Assembly: GCA_964016885.1 (NCBI GenBank)
Contig: OZ024741.1
Location: 108,128,001-108,192,000, forward strand
Direction: 5' to 3'
Source: Eledone cirrhosa
Lineage: Eukaryota
Length of the DNA stretch: 64,000 nt
The notes under the pieces were generated by a model. That model saw only the letters and a list, made by a program, of their open reading frames with translations. It was not told where the DNA came from and did no database searches. The position numbers were made by a program, and so were the translations under genes. Shown one piece after another: positions 38,330 through 49,364 of the stretch (position 1 is the first letter of the stretch; each line of letters starts with the position of its first letter).

Positions 38330-40440
38330 AGCTATTACACCTCTATTACCCTACCGCTCATTACGGCCGCTTTAGCCTTTGCCAAAACACTTACACCCAT
38401 CACCGACCAGGAAAGAAACATCATTTTCCACGCCAGGAAGACAGTCCTCCTCTTCGACAACTCCAATTGGATAAAGAGAGCTCCCGACTCCCCCTTCGAC
38501 GTCAGTATGGGCGCGACCGACTCGGCGGCGGTGACCAATCTTATAGGATTCCTACTACATAAACTCACCGAAATGTGACCTGCATTCGGTGGTAGATTGT
38601 ACCGAGACGATGGGCTCCTTACCCTCAAAGGGTACAACCCCAGTAGTACAGACCGGGTCCGTAAACACCTAATCTCCGGGACTGGAGATTTAAAATAACC
38701 TTACAGACGTCCCTAACCCGAGTCAATTTCCTGGACGCTACCCTCAACCACGAAAATGATCTGTACTACGCATACAGGAAACCAAACGCCAACCTACACT
38801 ACATCCACCGCCGCTTAACCATCCTAGAAACATCACCAATAACCTGGTTAAAAACATTTCCCTCCGCAAATCTCGTTTGTCCGCTAATGAGCAGATATTC
38901 GATGAATATGCGCCTTATTACAACCAGGACCTCAAGCGAAGTGGCTTTCGGGAGGGAATCTCCTTTTACGCAGCCTCCCCTAGCGGAACCAGCAGGCGTC
39001 GCTGCCGCTCACGCCACGTAACGTGGTTCAACCCTCCCCACAATGCCGAGGTTGCAACAACAATCGGGAAAATCTTCTTTAGACTCCTCGAAAATCACTT
39101 CCCACCACAACACCGCTATCACAACATAATCAACAGAAACACTATCAAACTCTCCTACAGCACGACACCCAGCTTCGCACAAAACATCACCTCAAACACC
39201 AAGAAACTCAAATCCTATGGAAGAAACAACCTAGACATTAGTGGAGAGACGACCAGGAGGTGTAACTGCCCTGATAGATCTACGTGCCCCCTCATCAACA
39301 GATGCCGAGAACGTAATGTGATCTACCAATGCAACGTGAGGACGGAAAACTCCAACAACACCTATATAGGATTAACCGCTAGTGACTTTAAGACCCGGCT
39401 CTACCAACACCGGTATACGTTCAGAAACACGGCCCGGCGACATGCCACTACACTTTCGGGCCACATCTGGGACCTCCAAGACGTACCATCTTAGTTGGAG
39501 ATTACTTTCCAGGGCTACCGTCCGTGTAACTTATGCTCGGAGGAAACAATACAAATGGTGTTTACGAACGACCAACTCCTAAACAAAAAAACGAACTTGT
39601 AACCGCATGTAAACACCGACTGCGTAGGACTTACCTTGCCCTCAAACCCCCTCATGACCCGGGTGGGTAGACAATGGCTGTAACATCCTTCTTTTCCTCA
39701 CTTGCCGAACAAGATAGGGGAAGCCCAGCATACATAGGTAGATGTATTTCTTCTCTTTTTTCCCTTTATCTCTTCTTGTCACTTTCTTCCACTCCCTCTC
39801 CTCTTCATTTTCCTTTTTCCTCTTTCGCTTACCCATCGGACCTGTGTAGCCTCAGTACCCCCACCACCGTAAATTCTATATAGCATTGGCCGAAAACGAA
39901 ATAACAGCTAACGCAATACCAGCTAAAAATATAGCAGCTGTTTTAGAATGTACTTTATTATTATTTTTTTTTATTATTTAATTTTTTAATATTATTTTTT
40001 ATTTATTATTTTTAATTTTTTAATTTTAATTTATTAACTTTTTTTATTTTTTAGTTTTAATTTATTAACTTTTTTAATTTTATAACATCCCACTCTCAGA
40101 TTCTTCGAGAATTCTTTCTTCACCTGCTTTCTAGCTAGCCTAATTCATCCAGGCTTGTGTATAGAATTCACTTTCAACGCTTGACCGGTTTAACCCACTC
40201 CCTCATTGTTCTACAGGCAAGTTCAGCCACCTACCACCATGAAAGACTTAATTCTGTTCACAAGAAATTTTTACCAATACTTTTGACAACTACAATCTTC
40301 AAAAATGCATGATTATCGCACGCCCATATATGAAATTTTCACTTGAAACGTTCGGCTATATATTACCACGCTAAAAATCTAATTTAGTCCAGAAATAGCC
40401 GTCGAAACGGCTTGAGCTCTGCCGTCGGGGTCTCGAGTTT

Positions 40441-40442
<2 letters not shown>
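38330..40442 (+). mobile_element. Penelope-like element (Naiad-like), 5'-truncated and decayed RT + GIY-YIG
   Basis: RT pieces FDVSMGATDSA, RLYRDDGLL, VNFLDATL and YRKPN. ORF 38877-39494 has TWFNPP, CNC...CPL...C...VIYQC and YIGLTASDFKTRLYQH. It ends at (TA)n after a hammerhead 3' half. Confidence 0.88.
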
Positions 40443-40479
<37 letters not shown>

Positions 40480-40482
<3 letters not shown>

Positions 40483-40608
40483 ATAAGAAACGGAGAATCA
40501 GTGGTGCGACGAATAAGATTTATTAGACATATTACAATCGTTTCTCTGGCGACCAGCTCGAGACACGATCGATGCAATCATCAAACCTGACTCTGAAATC
40601 GCAAGTTC

Positions 40609-40612
<4 letters not shown>
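40480..40612 (-). mobile_element. Truncated copy of the long-stem-II hammerhead cassette between (TA)n tracts
   Basis: Homologous to 44658-44790; ends inside the catalytic core (TCCTCA then (TA)n). Confidence 0.8.
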
Positions 40613-40671
<59 letters not shown>

Positions 40672-40687
40672 TTGCGAGGTTTTTTAT

Positions 40688-41746
40688 ATGAAATCGTGTG
40701 TCGAAACAAATATTGTTATACTTGGGGAGGGTCATATTTGTGTAATATTGCCAGAATTAATAACAGAACACACTCACTGTCTCTGTATAGACGAGAGAGC
40801 CCAAATTCTTCACTCACACTATGCTAAACCCATGGCCTCCAAATACCTGATACTCAAAATCTCAGCAATGTCCAGTAGTGCTGAGTTTAATATTCTGATC
40901 GCAGATTTGGTACGAGTGATGAAGAATGTGTCCCGCATGTGCGACCCAACAGAAATGGAAAGACACATCCAACACTTCATCAACCGCATGCAGTTCTCTG
41001 GCTACAACCAAGGAGACAGAGTTAGAGTATACGAAGGAGCCATGGAGAAGTATAAGACCCTCATAGAACTGGACATGAAACGAATTTGCCCATTATACAG
41101 GAGCAAATCATGGAATAGCTTAGATAGGGCTAGACATAAGATAGAGAAAGCCACATCATGGTACGACAACCAGAGATACCAGAGTGTCATGTTTGTGGAC
41201 GCCACCCCTCGAGGGAAATTAGCTAACCAGTGTAGAACGGTCCTGAGAAAGACCCACTTAAAAATAAAGGTGGTAGAAATGTCAGGAACCACCATAAAAT
41301 CCCTGATCAGCAAAACCTACCCTTTTAAGAAAACCCACTGTACCAATAGGAAATGTATCATATGTAAGGTGAACCCCCGGATAAACTGTAAAACTAGAAA
41401 CGTAGTCTATAGCATAAGATGTACAGAGCGTACTTGCAGAAACATGACAACAACATACATAGGTGAGACAGCTCGTAGCATAGGTGAAAGGATAGACCAA
41501 CCCTGGGGGGAACTAAAAGGACGAAAAAATGGGTCAGCACTATACGAACATGCTAGACAACAACATGACGGTAACATAGACAACATAGAAATTAGAATAA
41601 TATCTAAACATAGAAATGACCCAGCAGATAGGCAAATCAGAGAGGCCAGTGAAATAGAAATTAGAAGACCAAAGCTAAACAGAAAGAATGAATGGAATAA
41701 CAACAACAACACCCAAACAAACAACACTGACCTAAGAGAAGTATAA
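40688..41746 (+). CDS. PLE RT thumb + GIY-YIG endonuclease (partial; N-terminal ~35 aa come from the inverted segment)
   Basis: HYAKPMAS, RMQFSGY, CTNRKCIIC...CKTRNVVYSIRC, YIGETARSIGERI, ALYEH, RQIREA, LNRKNEW. Confidence 0.85.
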   Translation: MKSCVETNIVILGEGHICVILPELITEHTHCLCIDERAQILHSHYAKPMASKYLILKISAMSSSAEFNILIADLVRVMKNVSRMCDPTEMERHIQHFINRMQFSGYNQGDRVRVYEGAMEKYKTLIELDMKRICPLYRSKSWNSLDRARHKIEKATSWYDNQRYQSVMFVDATPRGKLANQCRTVLRKTHLKIKVVEMSGTTIKSLISKTYPFKKTHCTNRKCIICKVNPRINCKTRNVVYSIRCTERTCRNMTTTYIGETARSIGERIDQPWGELKGRKNGSALYEHARQQHDGNIDNIEIRIISKHRNDPADRQIREASEIEIRRPKLNRKNEWNNNNNTQTNNTDLREV

Positions 41747-41978
41747 ATAAGTAAATAAAATAAGATAAATAAATACATACACAAGCACAATAACAACAAG
41801 CACATAAACCCACACTAGTCACCCATCACACAGCAAACATAACACTATACACACACGCAAACGCATGCGCAAAGAAGACAAAATAAAATAAACAAACAAG
41901 CAAATAAATAAATAAATATATAGACAGACTGAATAAAAAATGGCGTAGACATACAACACAACAGGAGGAAAATATAAC

Positions 41979-42020
41979 ACCACTGACGATGTTGCAGATG
42001 TGCAACGAAAGATTTATGAT
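41979..42020 (+). ncRNA. Minimal type I hammerhead (slightly decayed) in PLE 3' region
   Basis: acca CUGACGA u-guugca-gaug-ugcaac GAAA gauu UA ugau. Confidence 0.6.
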
Positions 42021-42215
42021 AAACTATATATATGTGTTTGTGTCTATATTGTATCTGTATTATTTTTGACCGTCGGTCAGTCAATGGCAACATTGAGGAC
42101 CGAGTAAGTTAGATTACCGATATAAAAGACAGCGAGAAGCGAAAACCAACCAAACAGTGAGTGTGTTCTGTTATTAATTCTGGCAATATTACACAAATAT
42201 GACCCTCCCCAAGTA

Positions 42216-42245
<30 letters not shown>

Positions 42246-42247
<2 letters not shown>

Positions 42248-42509
42248 CGTTATTCCGGGTTGAATCGGAGGTAACCACAGTAAGTAAGGTACTCAATACA
42301 TAGCAGAGTATAACAGTTTTAATATAGATGAGATTCTACAGGACTAGAACTGTTTCATTCATTAGAAATCATCAGGAATCTGATGATTTCTAATGAATGA
42401 AACAGTTCTAGTCCTGTAGAATCTCATCTATATTAAAACTGTTATACTCTGCTATGTATTGAGTACCTTACTTACTGTGGTTACCTCCGATTCAACCCGG
42501 AATAACGTA
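42246..42509. repeat. Perfect fold-back palindrome (130-bp arms, 4-nt loop GAAT) between (TA)n tracts
   Basis: Centre ATCATCAG-GAAT-CTGATGAT at 42376-42379. Confidence 0.95.
42331..42381 (-). ncRNA. Type I hammerhead ribozyme
   Basis: Minus strand: AGAUUC CUGAUGA uuucuaaugaau GAAA CAG-uucuaguc-CUG UA GAAUCU (6-bp stem I, GUA site). Confidence 0.8.
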
Positions 42510-42522
42510 CTATATATATATA

Positions 42523-42561
<39 letters not shown>

Positions 42562-42900
42562 ATTATTGTTGTTTAGAACAAAACACAGAAAAGACTCAGA
42601 TTGCCACCATCTGTAATTCAAAAATGCATAGTATGTGTCATGAAAAAACTATCACAACTAACTATCTGGTTACTAAACCAACCGGATTACTAAACCAACT
42701 AATAGATTCGTCGTTACCTGCCTGACTAAATAATAAAAAACCGAAGGGAAAGGTGACTACTTTGTTTTTATTGGCAGCATGACCTTCTCACACTCAGTAC
42801 ACTTCAATTTCTAAACAGGGTTTCAAATCAAGAATTTACACACACACATTTATATATGTATATACATACTAACATATATATATATATATGGTGTGTGTTT

Positions 42901-42951
<51 letters not shown>

Positions 42952-43330
42952 CTAAAATGTATAAAATATAAAAAAGAAATATATCAAACGTGCTTTCCCG
43001 CTTTACTCTATGTCGCCCCTGCAACCCTGGCTCTCATTTCAAGCCTTGCATACACTGTATCTTTGTTTTTCTCTTTACATCTTTTTTCTTACTTCTTCAT
43101 GTTTATGTTTATTTTTTCTCCATTTTACATGAGAAAAACAACATTATTACTTACATCCTGATCCAAAACGTAGCTGGTGTCGCTTCAGTGCTAATCTCGA
43201 TTAACAGCAGACTCCAGCGACATCAGCTGAAAGCTGCTCATTGTCCCTGTTCTTTCCTAATCTGTTAAGCATAATAAAAACGGGTTGGATGAGAGAGAAA
43301 TAGTGAGAGTGAGTAGAGAGGCGTTGGAGA

Positions 43331-43377
<47 letters not shown>

Positions 43378-43544
43378 TCTCTCTCCCTCTCTCACACCAC
43401 ACACACACACTCACGTACACATACATATACATAAAATAACGGTGGTCATTTATATGCACACACATACACATACACGCTCACACACTCATATATATATATA
43501 TAATAGTGGGGATGGTGATGTTCGTTGTATTTGCTACATACACG

Positions 43545-43591
<47 letters not shown>

Positions 43592-43734
43592 TACACACAC
43601 AAACCCTCACACATTACATACACATGCACACACCCTCACATATTACACACGCGCGTACACACCACATCAATGAAGATGGTGGTGATAGTATTTGGTGGCT
43701 GCTCTTGGTGGTGTGAGAGGGAGATACATAGAAA

Positions 43735-43751
43735 AGTAGTAGTAGTAGTAA

Positions 43752-43822
<71 letters not shown>

Positions 43823-43887
43823 ACAGCAGCAGCGGCAGCAGCACCACCAGTAGTAGTAGTATCAATAGCAGCAGCAGTAGCAGTAGC

Positions 43888-43946
<59 letters not shown>

Positions 43947-43963
43947 CAACAGCAGCAGCAGCA
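43735..43963. repeat. (TAG)n/(CAG)n compound microsatellite
   Basis: Direct reading; explains the poly-V/L/T ORFs. Confidence 0.95.
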
Positions 43964-44549
43964 GTATGTTTCGTTGTGGCATTTCGTTGTGATCGCATAA
44001 TCTCTCTCCCCTTCATAAAGCAATGAAATACCTCACACACATACAGACATACAAACTTATGCATAGGCTCATACGTGTGTATAGTGTGTGTGTAGTAGAT
44101 AGGGAAAGGATGTGAGTGAAACATAAAAAAGAAGGGCAAAGAGAAAGAGAGAGATTGACAAACAAATATATATTCTCGTCCCACATATGTGTGTGAACAT
44201 GAACTCAAAGAAAAAGGCTTGTGATGTAAGATTAAATCTGTGGAGTCTCTCTCTCATTCTCTCTCTCTCTATATATCTCTATCTCACACACACACACGCA
44301 CACACACACACTCTCTCTCTCTCTCTCTCTCTCTCACTCGGTCTCTCTCTGTCCTACTTTTTATTCTCGGTTTCCCTCTCCCAGCTCTCTCTCTCTTCAA
44401 ACCAATCTTTCTCTAATCCATTTCTCTCTCACCCTCTCACTCTCTCACAAGATCTGGCTTTTCATTCTCAAGCGGTCTCTGTCTCCCATCTTTCTTACCC
44501 TCTCTATCTATCTCATTCAGACTATCTCTCCCTATTCCCTCTCTCTCTT

Positions 44550-44584
<35 letters not shown>

Positions 44585-44703
44585 CACTCACCCCCTCTCG
44601 CTCCCCCAGTCTCTATCCCCCTCTCCCTCCAGTCTCTCCCTGATATATATATATATCACATAAGAAACGGAGAATCAGTGGTGCGAAGAATTAAAATTTA
44701 TTA

Positions 44704-44800
44704 GAGATATTACAATCGTTTCTCTGGCGACCAGCTCGAGGCACGATCGATGCGATGATCGAACCTGATTCTGAAATCGCAAGATCCTCAGATACGTCTC
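44704..44800 (-). ncRNA. Type I hammerhead with 62-nt stem II insertion
   Basis: Minus strand: GAGACGUAU CUGAGGA ucuugcga...ucgccaga GAAA cgauug UA AUAUCUC. Confidence 0.75.
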
Positions 44801-45949
44801 AATCTTTCGAAGCAGAGTTTCCAAAACTCCAGTTAATCCCGCGGCCTTCGTCGCCAGCTCCTATCCTGTTCTTGTCGGTCGATGAGTAGTCAAGAATTGT
44901 ACACGTCATCGGTATTTTTGACCACTCATGGGCGTCCATTTTTCTGGTTCCATTCATATGTCACCTGTCAATCAAAGTTGTTCTTTGTAGCGGAATTACT
45001 GCTGTAGGAAATAAGGGGTTGTAAGAATGAAACGCTCACGTACTGCCGCAGCCATCTCGGCCTGTAGACACCCACACGAATATCCATATATGCAACATCA
45101 ATCGCCATCTTCTCCTTGAATTATGTTATCTCTGTATTAGCAATGTCTCTTCCCAGTAATCCCTGACAATTAAAAGAAACATAACAATAAGTGTGGGCAT
45201 CTTACAACAGCTGGGTGCATTTTCGGAGTAATCAAACTGCTATTTCTAGCTAGTCACCTCTGCTATATCCATTTGTATCTTCTGCAATAAGGCATTTGCA
45301 ATTCTATACACTGGAACCACGAGGCAATATTCAACTGATGTTTTGTAAATGTCATAAGATGATAAAATATAATGTTTCATATCAATCTTCTGAACTTTCG
45401 TCATTGCTGTGACCCTAACAATATGTTTACAATATGTTTACAAAAACACTGAGTAAATAAGACAACGAAATAAAAAAAAAAGTAGTCAACTGCCGGGAGA
45501 CTTATTAAAAGTTGTCAAAGCCGAGAAAGGAACAAGAATGACGTAGCTGGAGATGAAGTTGCAGAAATGTATGCAGTGTGTCTTTGTTCTAAATGATTAT
45601 AGATGCAATATGCTTTTTGTGCAAGATATCAAAATTGTTGTGCCAGTAAACAATATCTATGTGAGTTCACACTGCTGGGGATTTACCGCCTTTTTCGCAT
45701 CGAGGCGTTATTGGTCAACAAGTCGATATTTTTATAAATCGATGTTTTACATATATAATAACTACCACTTCTTTAAAGAAGACGGACATCTCTTCAACAA
45801 ATTCCCTGCTATTATGAACCAGCTCTAACTGCATTTCGGTGTGCCCGGCCGACTGAACTCACTCGATATGCAAATTAGGCTGCTCAGCCGTTAATATGCA
45901 TAAGGAAAGTACATACTTTCAGACGTTCAACCATCTGGCAGGAAGGTAT

Positions 45950-45992
45950 ACGATGCTGATGATAGCTAATAAGCTTGAAACTAGTACATCGT
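45950..45992 (+). ncRNA. Minimal type I hammerhead ribozyme
   Basis: ACGAUG CUGAUGA u-agcu-aaua-agcu-u GAAA cuag UA CAUCGU; stem III is the palindrome ACUAGU. Confidence 0.85.
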
Positions 45993-46259
45993 TCCTGTGT
46001 CAGTGTTGAACAAAAGGGTGACGTGGTTGCCTAAACCGAGCATTATAATAAATGTTCGGTAAACCGATACGTGCATGTATATATGTGTGCATGTATGTAT
46101 ATATATATGCATACTACTGTACGTCTGTATACATATATGTATGTACGTATACATACATACATACTTACATTTAAGTAAGTGCCGTAATAAGAGTGAGAAA
46201 TGAAATTACGTTTCATTCTATTCCATTTATATATATATAAATATATACATATAAATATA

Positions 46260-46295
<36 letters not shown>

Positions 46296-46500
46296 GGAGT
46301 TACAAGTCATTAAGATTGGTAAGGCCATGTTTTACCTAATTTCTCACTGTAATTACCTAATTACTCAAAATAGAGAGTAGGCACTGTGATTTCCTGCCCT
46401 ACGGGTGAACGTATCGGGAGCAATTAGCAAGTTGGTAACTTACCACGCAGACGACATATTAAGAGCTCAGCCATAGGGAATATATATATATATTAATATA

Positions 46501-46551
<51 letters not shown>

Positions 46552-46641
46552 CGAAGGAAATGTGGTAAGGAACCAGGTGGACCATAACGCAGAATTAGCC
46601 GTCGAAACGGCTTGAGCTCAGCTGTTGGGGTCTTACTGGTT

Positions 46642-46696
<55 letters not shown>

Positions 46697-46829
46697 ATTT
46701 GTGTGTGTTATGGTGTTTCATATTTATAGAGAAAGACTTTTGTTATGGAAATCCCCTCGTCTATTGGACCCTGATTCCATTTTTCATAAAAACTAAATAG
46801 GCAAAAATACGAGGAGATAATAATATATT

Positions 46830-47726
46830 TACTCTTCTGTCTCAAATAATCGTCTCCCCACCTCCTGCTTATTAATATTTCAGATTGTATCCACCACCCT
46901 GCTCTTATTACACCCCACCCCCGCTTATTAAATTTTCATAATCTATCTCCGGCAAAATTCTATTTTTAATGGTAGCGTTCTTGCGTCAATTAATTTGCTT
47001 TATGCATTAAAAACACTAGCAGAAATATCTCCCTTTAGGTGGTTTTCTGGTAGCATGTGTAGTGTGCATATTGATATTATATGCAAATACAGTATATATA
47101 CATATAGATATGATAAATCAAATAAAATCGTAATTGACAATATACACAGAAATTGAACGAGGTCTGCATTACACTCTCTTCTGTAATCCATGATACATTA
47201 AAAAAAGATGATATTATATATAAACTGCATTAGGAAAAAAATTAATGACGGAAATATATGTGATGTTTTTATAAGCAATCGCTAACCGGAAGTGTTGACG
47301 TTTGAACATTTTAAAGAAGTGAATCTTAAAATAAGTAATAGCATTATTTATATTTAATCAAGATTAACGAAATTTAGTAGATTAATTATGTAATATTCAT
47401 TCATTATTCAAAATAATCCAACTTATTTTACTAACAGGATAAAAAAATATGTTCTGGATGCAATCCCGCACTCCTTTCTTTATTATAGTTAAGATTATAC
47501 ACGACAAATCGTACATTACTAGAAATTCTATACGTTATAAAATAAATAGGATAGGTAATGCTTTCAATATGTAAACTATCCGTCTAATTCTTGATTTAAA
47601 AAAAATCAACGGAGACAACCTGGAAAAATTGCCGATTTTCCAATCCCCACACCCCCGGCCGCCGATTCCCCCTCCCCTTCACCGCGCTTATTTCAACACC
47701 CCTCTATTATTGGGGAACTGAGAGTA
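46830..47726. mobile_element. Non-autonomous Tc1/pogo-like TIR element
   Basis: TACTCTTCTGTCTCAAATAAT ... ATTATTGGGGAACTGAGAGTA termini. The interior recurs inverted at 56541-57030. Confidence 0.65.
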
Positions 47727-48185
47727 CGGGTTGCGCAATTTACTGCTTTTTTAATGCTATGCCCCCCCCCCCCCCAATGTATATGCAAAAGATTTACTTC
47801 AATTTTGTCTATTTTACTACATTTTTGTCTATTTTCCTCTGTGCACATGCATATTAAGAAATAAACCATAAACTAAGTATGTACAAATGATTTTACATCG
47901 ATGATTTGTTTTCATTGTTCGTACAATAGATAAGTATTTTGTATCACATTGAAGAGTTACGATAATTTTTTTATAATTCAGCAAGTTAATGAGTTAACAA
48001 TAAGTTTCTAATGCAAGTTTCATTGCTTTGTTGATTCAGTGCTGGTTTTGTTAGCGAGTAGTAAAAACACTGACTTTCGAGAAGTACCATCCATTGTAAC
48101 GAAATAATTTTCGTCTCTTATAATAAAATTAGGAACATTACCAAAGAGAATACAAACATTTTTTAAGGGGAAACATTAAATATAT

Positions 48186-48243
<58 letters not shown>

Positions 48244-48366
48244 GGAGGTGAGTTTTATTGTAGTACAATAAAGCAATGCAGATATCGGATAAGAAGCACT
48301 CTACAGTTTGTGGGACTGGAGTATGCATAATATAAGATCAAAAGATGGTTAAAGGAGTTCCATATA

Positions 48367-48433
48367 TTTTATTATGCGCATTTCAAAAACAAACATCATC
48401 AAGCAATAATATTTGTGTTTTCATCAGATAAAA
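48367..48433 (-). ncRNA. Type I hammerhead (left arm)
   Basis: Mirror image of 48558-48624. Confidence 0.8.
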
Positions 48434-48557
48434 CAGGAGAACATGATATGAAGGCTAAAAAAACACTTGTTGATAGTGCAGTTTTTAATCAACATATGTT
48501 GATTAAAAACTGCACTATCAACAAGTGTTTTTTTAGCCTTCATATCATGTTCTCATG

Positions 48558-48624
48558 TTTTATCTGATGAAAACACAAATATTATTGCTTGATGATGTTT
48601 GTTTTTGAAATGCGCATAATAAAA
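48558..48624 (+). ncRNA. Type I hammerhead (right arm)
   Basis: UUUUAU CUGAUGA aaacacaaauauu...gauguuuguuuuu GAAA ugcgca UA AUAAAA; stem III is the palindrome AUGCGCAU. Confidence 0.8.
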
Positions 48625-48656
48625 TATATGGAACTCCTTTAACCATCTTTTGATCT

Positions 48657-48720
<64 letters not shown>

Positions 48721-48959
48721 TTGGACATATTAACTTCATTCATTATCCTCCGTTATGTAGAGAACAAATCTGTTGTTCTATTTAGCTGCTATTTTTTTTT
48801 TAGTAGTAATTATAGACAGCAAGTATGTGGTTTTCCCGCTTTTACTTCGGTCCGGTTTACATACGGGTCACTTTTACGACCTTTCAGACCTGTATTAGCT
48901 GGCAGGAGGTCATATATTTTATCGTTCGTGGGTCGTTTAGCCCTAGGAAAGGAAAATAC

Positions 48960-49037
48960 TTCTCTGATGAGCTTTGGTTTTCCATCAGATATCCATTGGA
49001 TTCTGGGGTTTTACAAAGCGAAACTGATCAGTAAGGG
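48960..49037 (+). ncRNA. Type I hammerhead with long stem II
   Basis: uucu CUGAUGA gcuuug...caaagc GAAA cugaucag UA aggg; stem III is the palindrome ACUGAUCAGU, stem I is weak. Confidence 0.7.
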
Positions 49038-49118
49038 CCACTAGAAAAGGTAAATATTTATATTATATTTTTTAATTTATTTTGAAAAATTGGTTGAATT
49101 TTACTTGTTCTGCGTATC

Positions 49119-49179
<61 letters not shown>

Positions 49180-49203
49180 TGTATATATATATATATATAT
49201 ATA

Positions 49204-49249
<46 letters not shown>

Positions 49250-49309
49250 TTCATACAGAAAGAAAATTAAGTCAGATATATAAAATTTGGCTTCGTTTAT
49301 TAAAGATGT

Positions 49310-49364
49310 ACTGCTATATATATTTCGGTGACAGCCATCATTGGCTGTGACCTCTTCAGGCAGT
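49310..49364 (-). ncRNA. Type I hammerhead ribozyme
   Basis: Minus strand: ACUGC CUGAAGA ggucacagcca-auga-uggcugucacc GAAA uauaua UA GCAGU. Confidence 0.85.

Larger units (their letters stand above)
40668..42219 (+). mobile_element. Penelope-like element, 5'-truncated, with a 66-bp inverted terminal segment, in (TA)n
   Basis: 40715-40780 is the reverse complement of 42154-42219. Contains a GIY-YIG ORF and a hammerhead in the 3' region. Confidence 0.88.
48327..48664. repeat. Spacerless fold-back palindrome (169-bp arms, centre 48495/48496) between (TA)n tracts
   Basis: TAATCAACAT|ATGTTGATTA; one mismatch seen (48436/48555). Confidence 0.95.

Noticed and set aside
43265-44663. ORFs up to 194 aa
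   Set aside because: Entirely simple-repeat derived.
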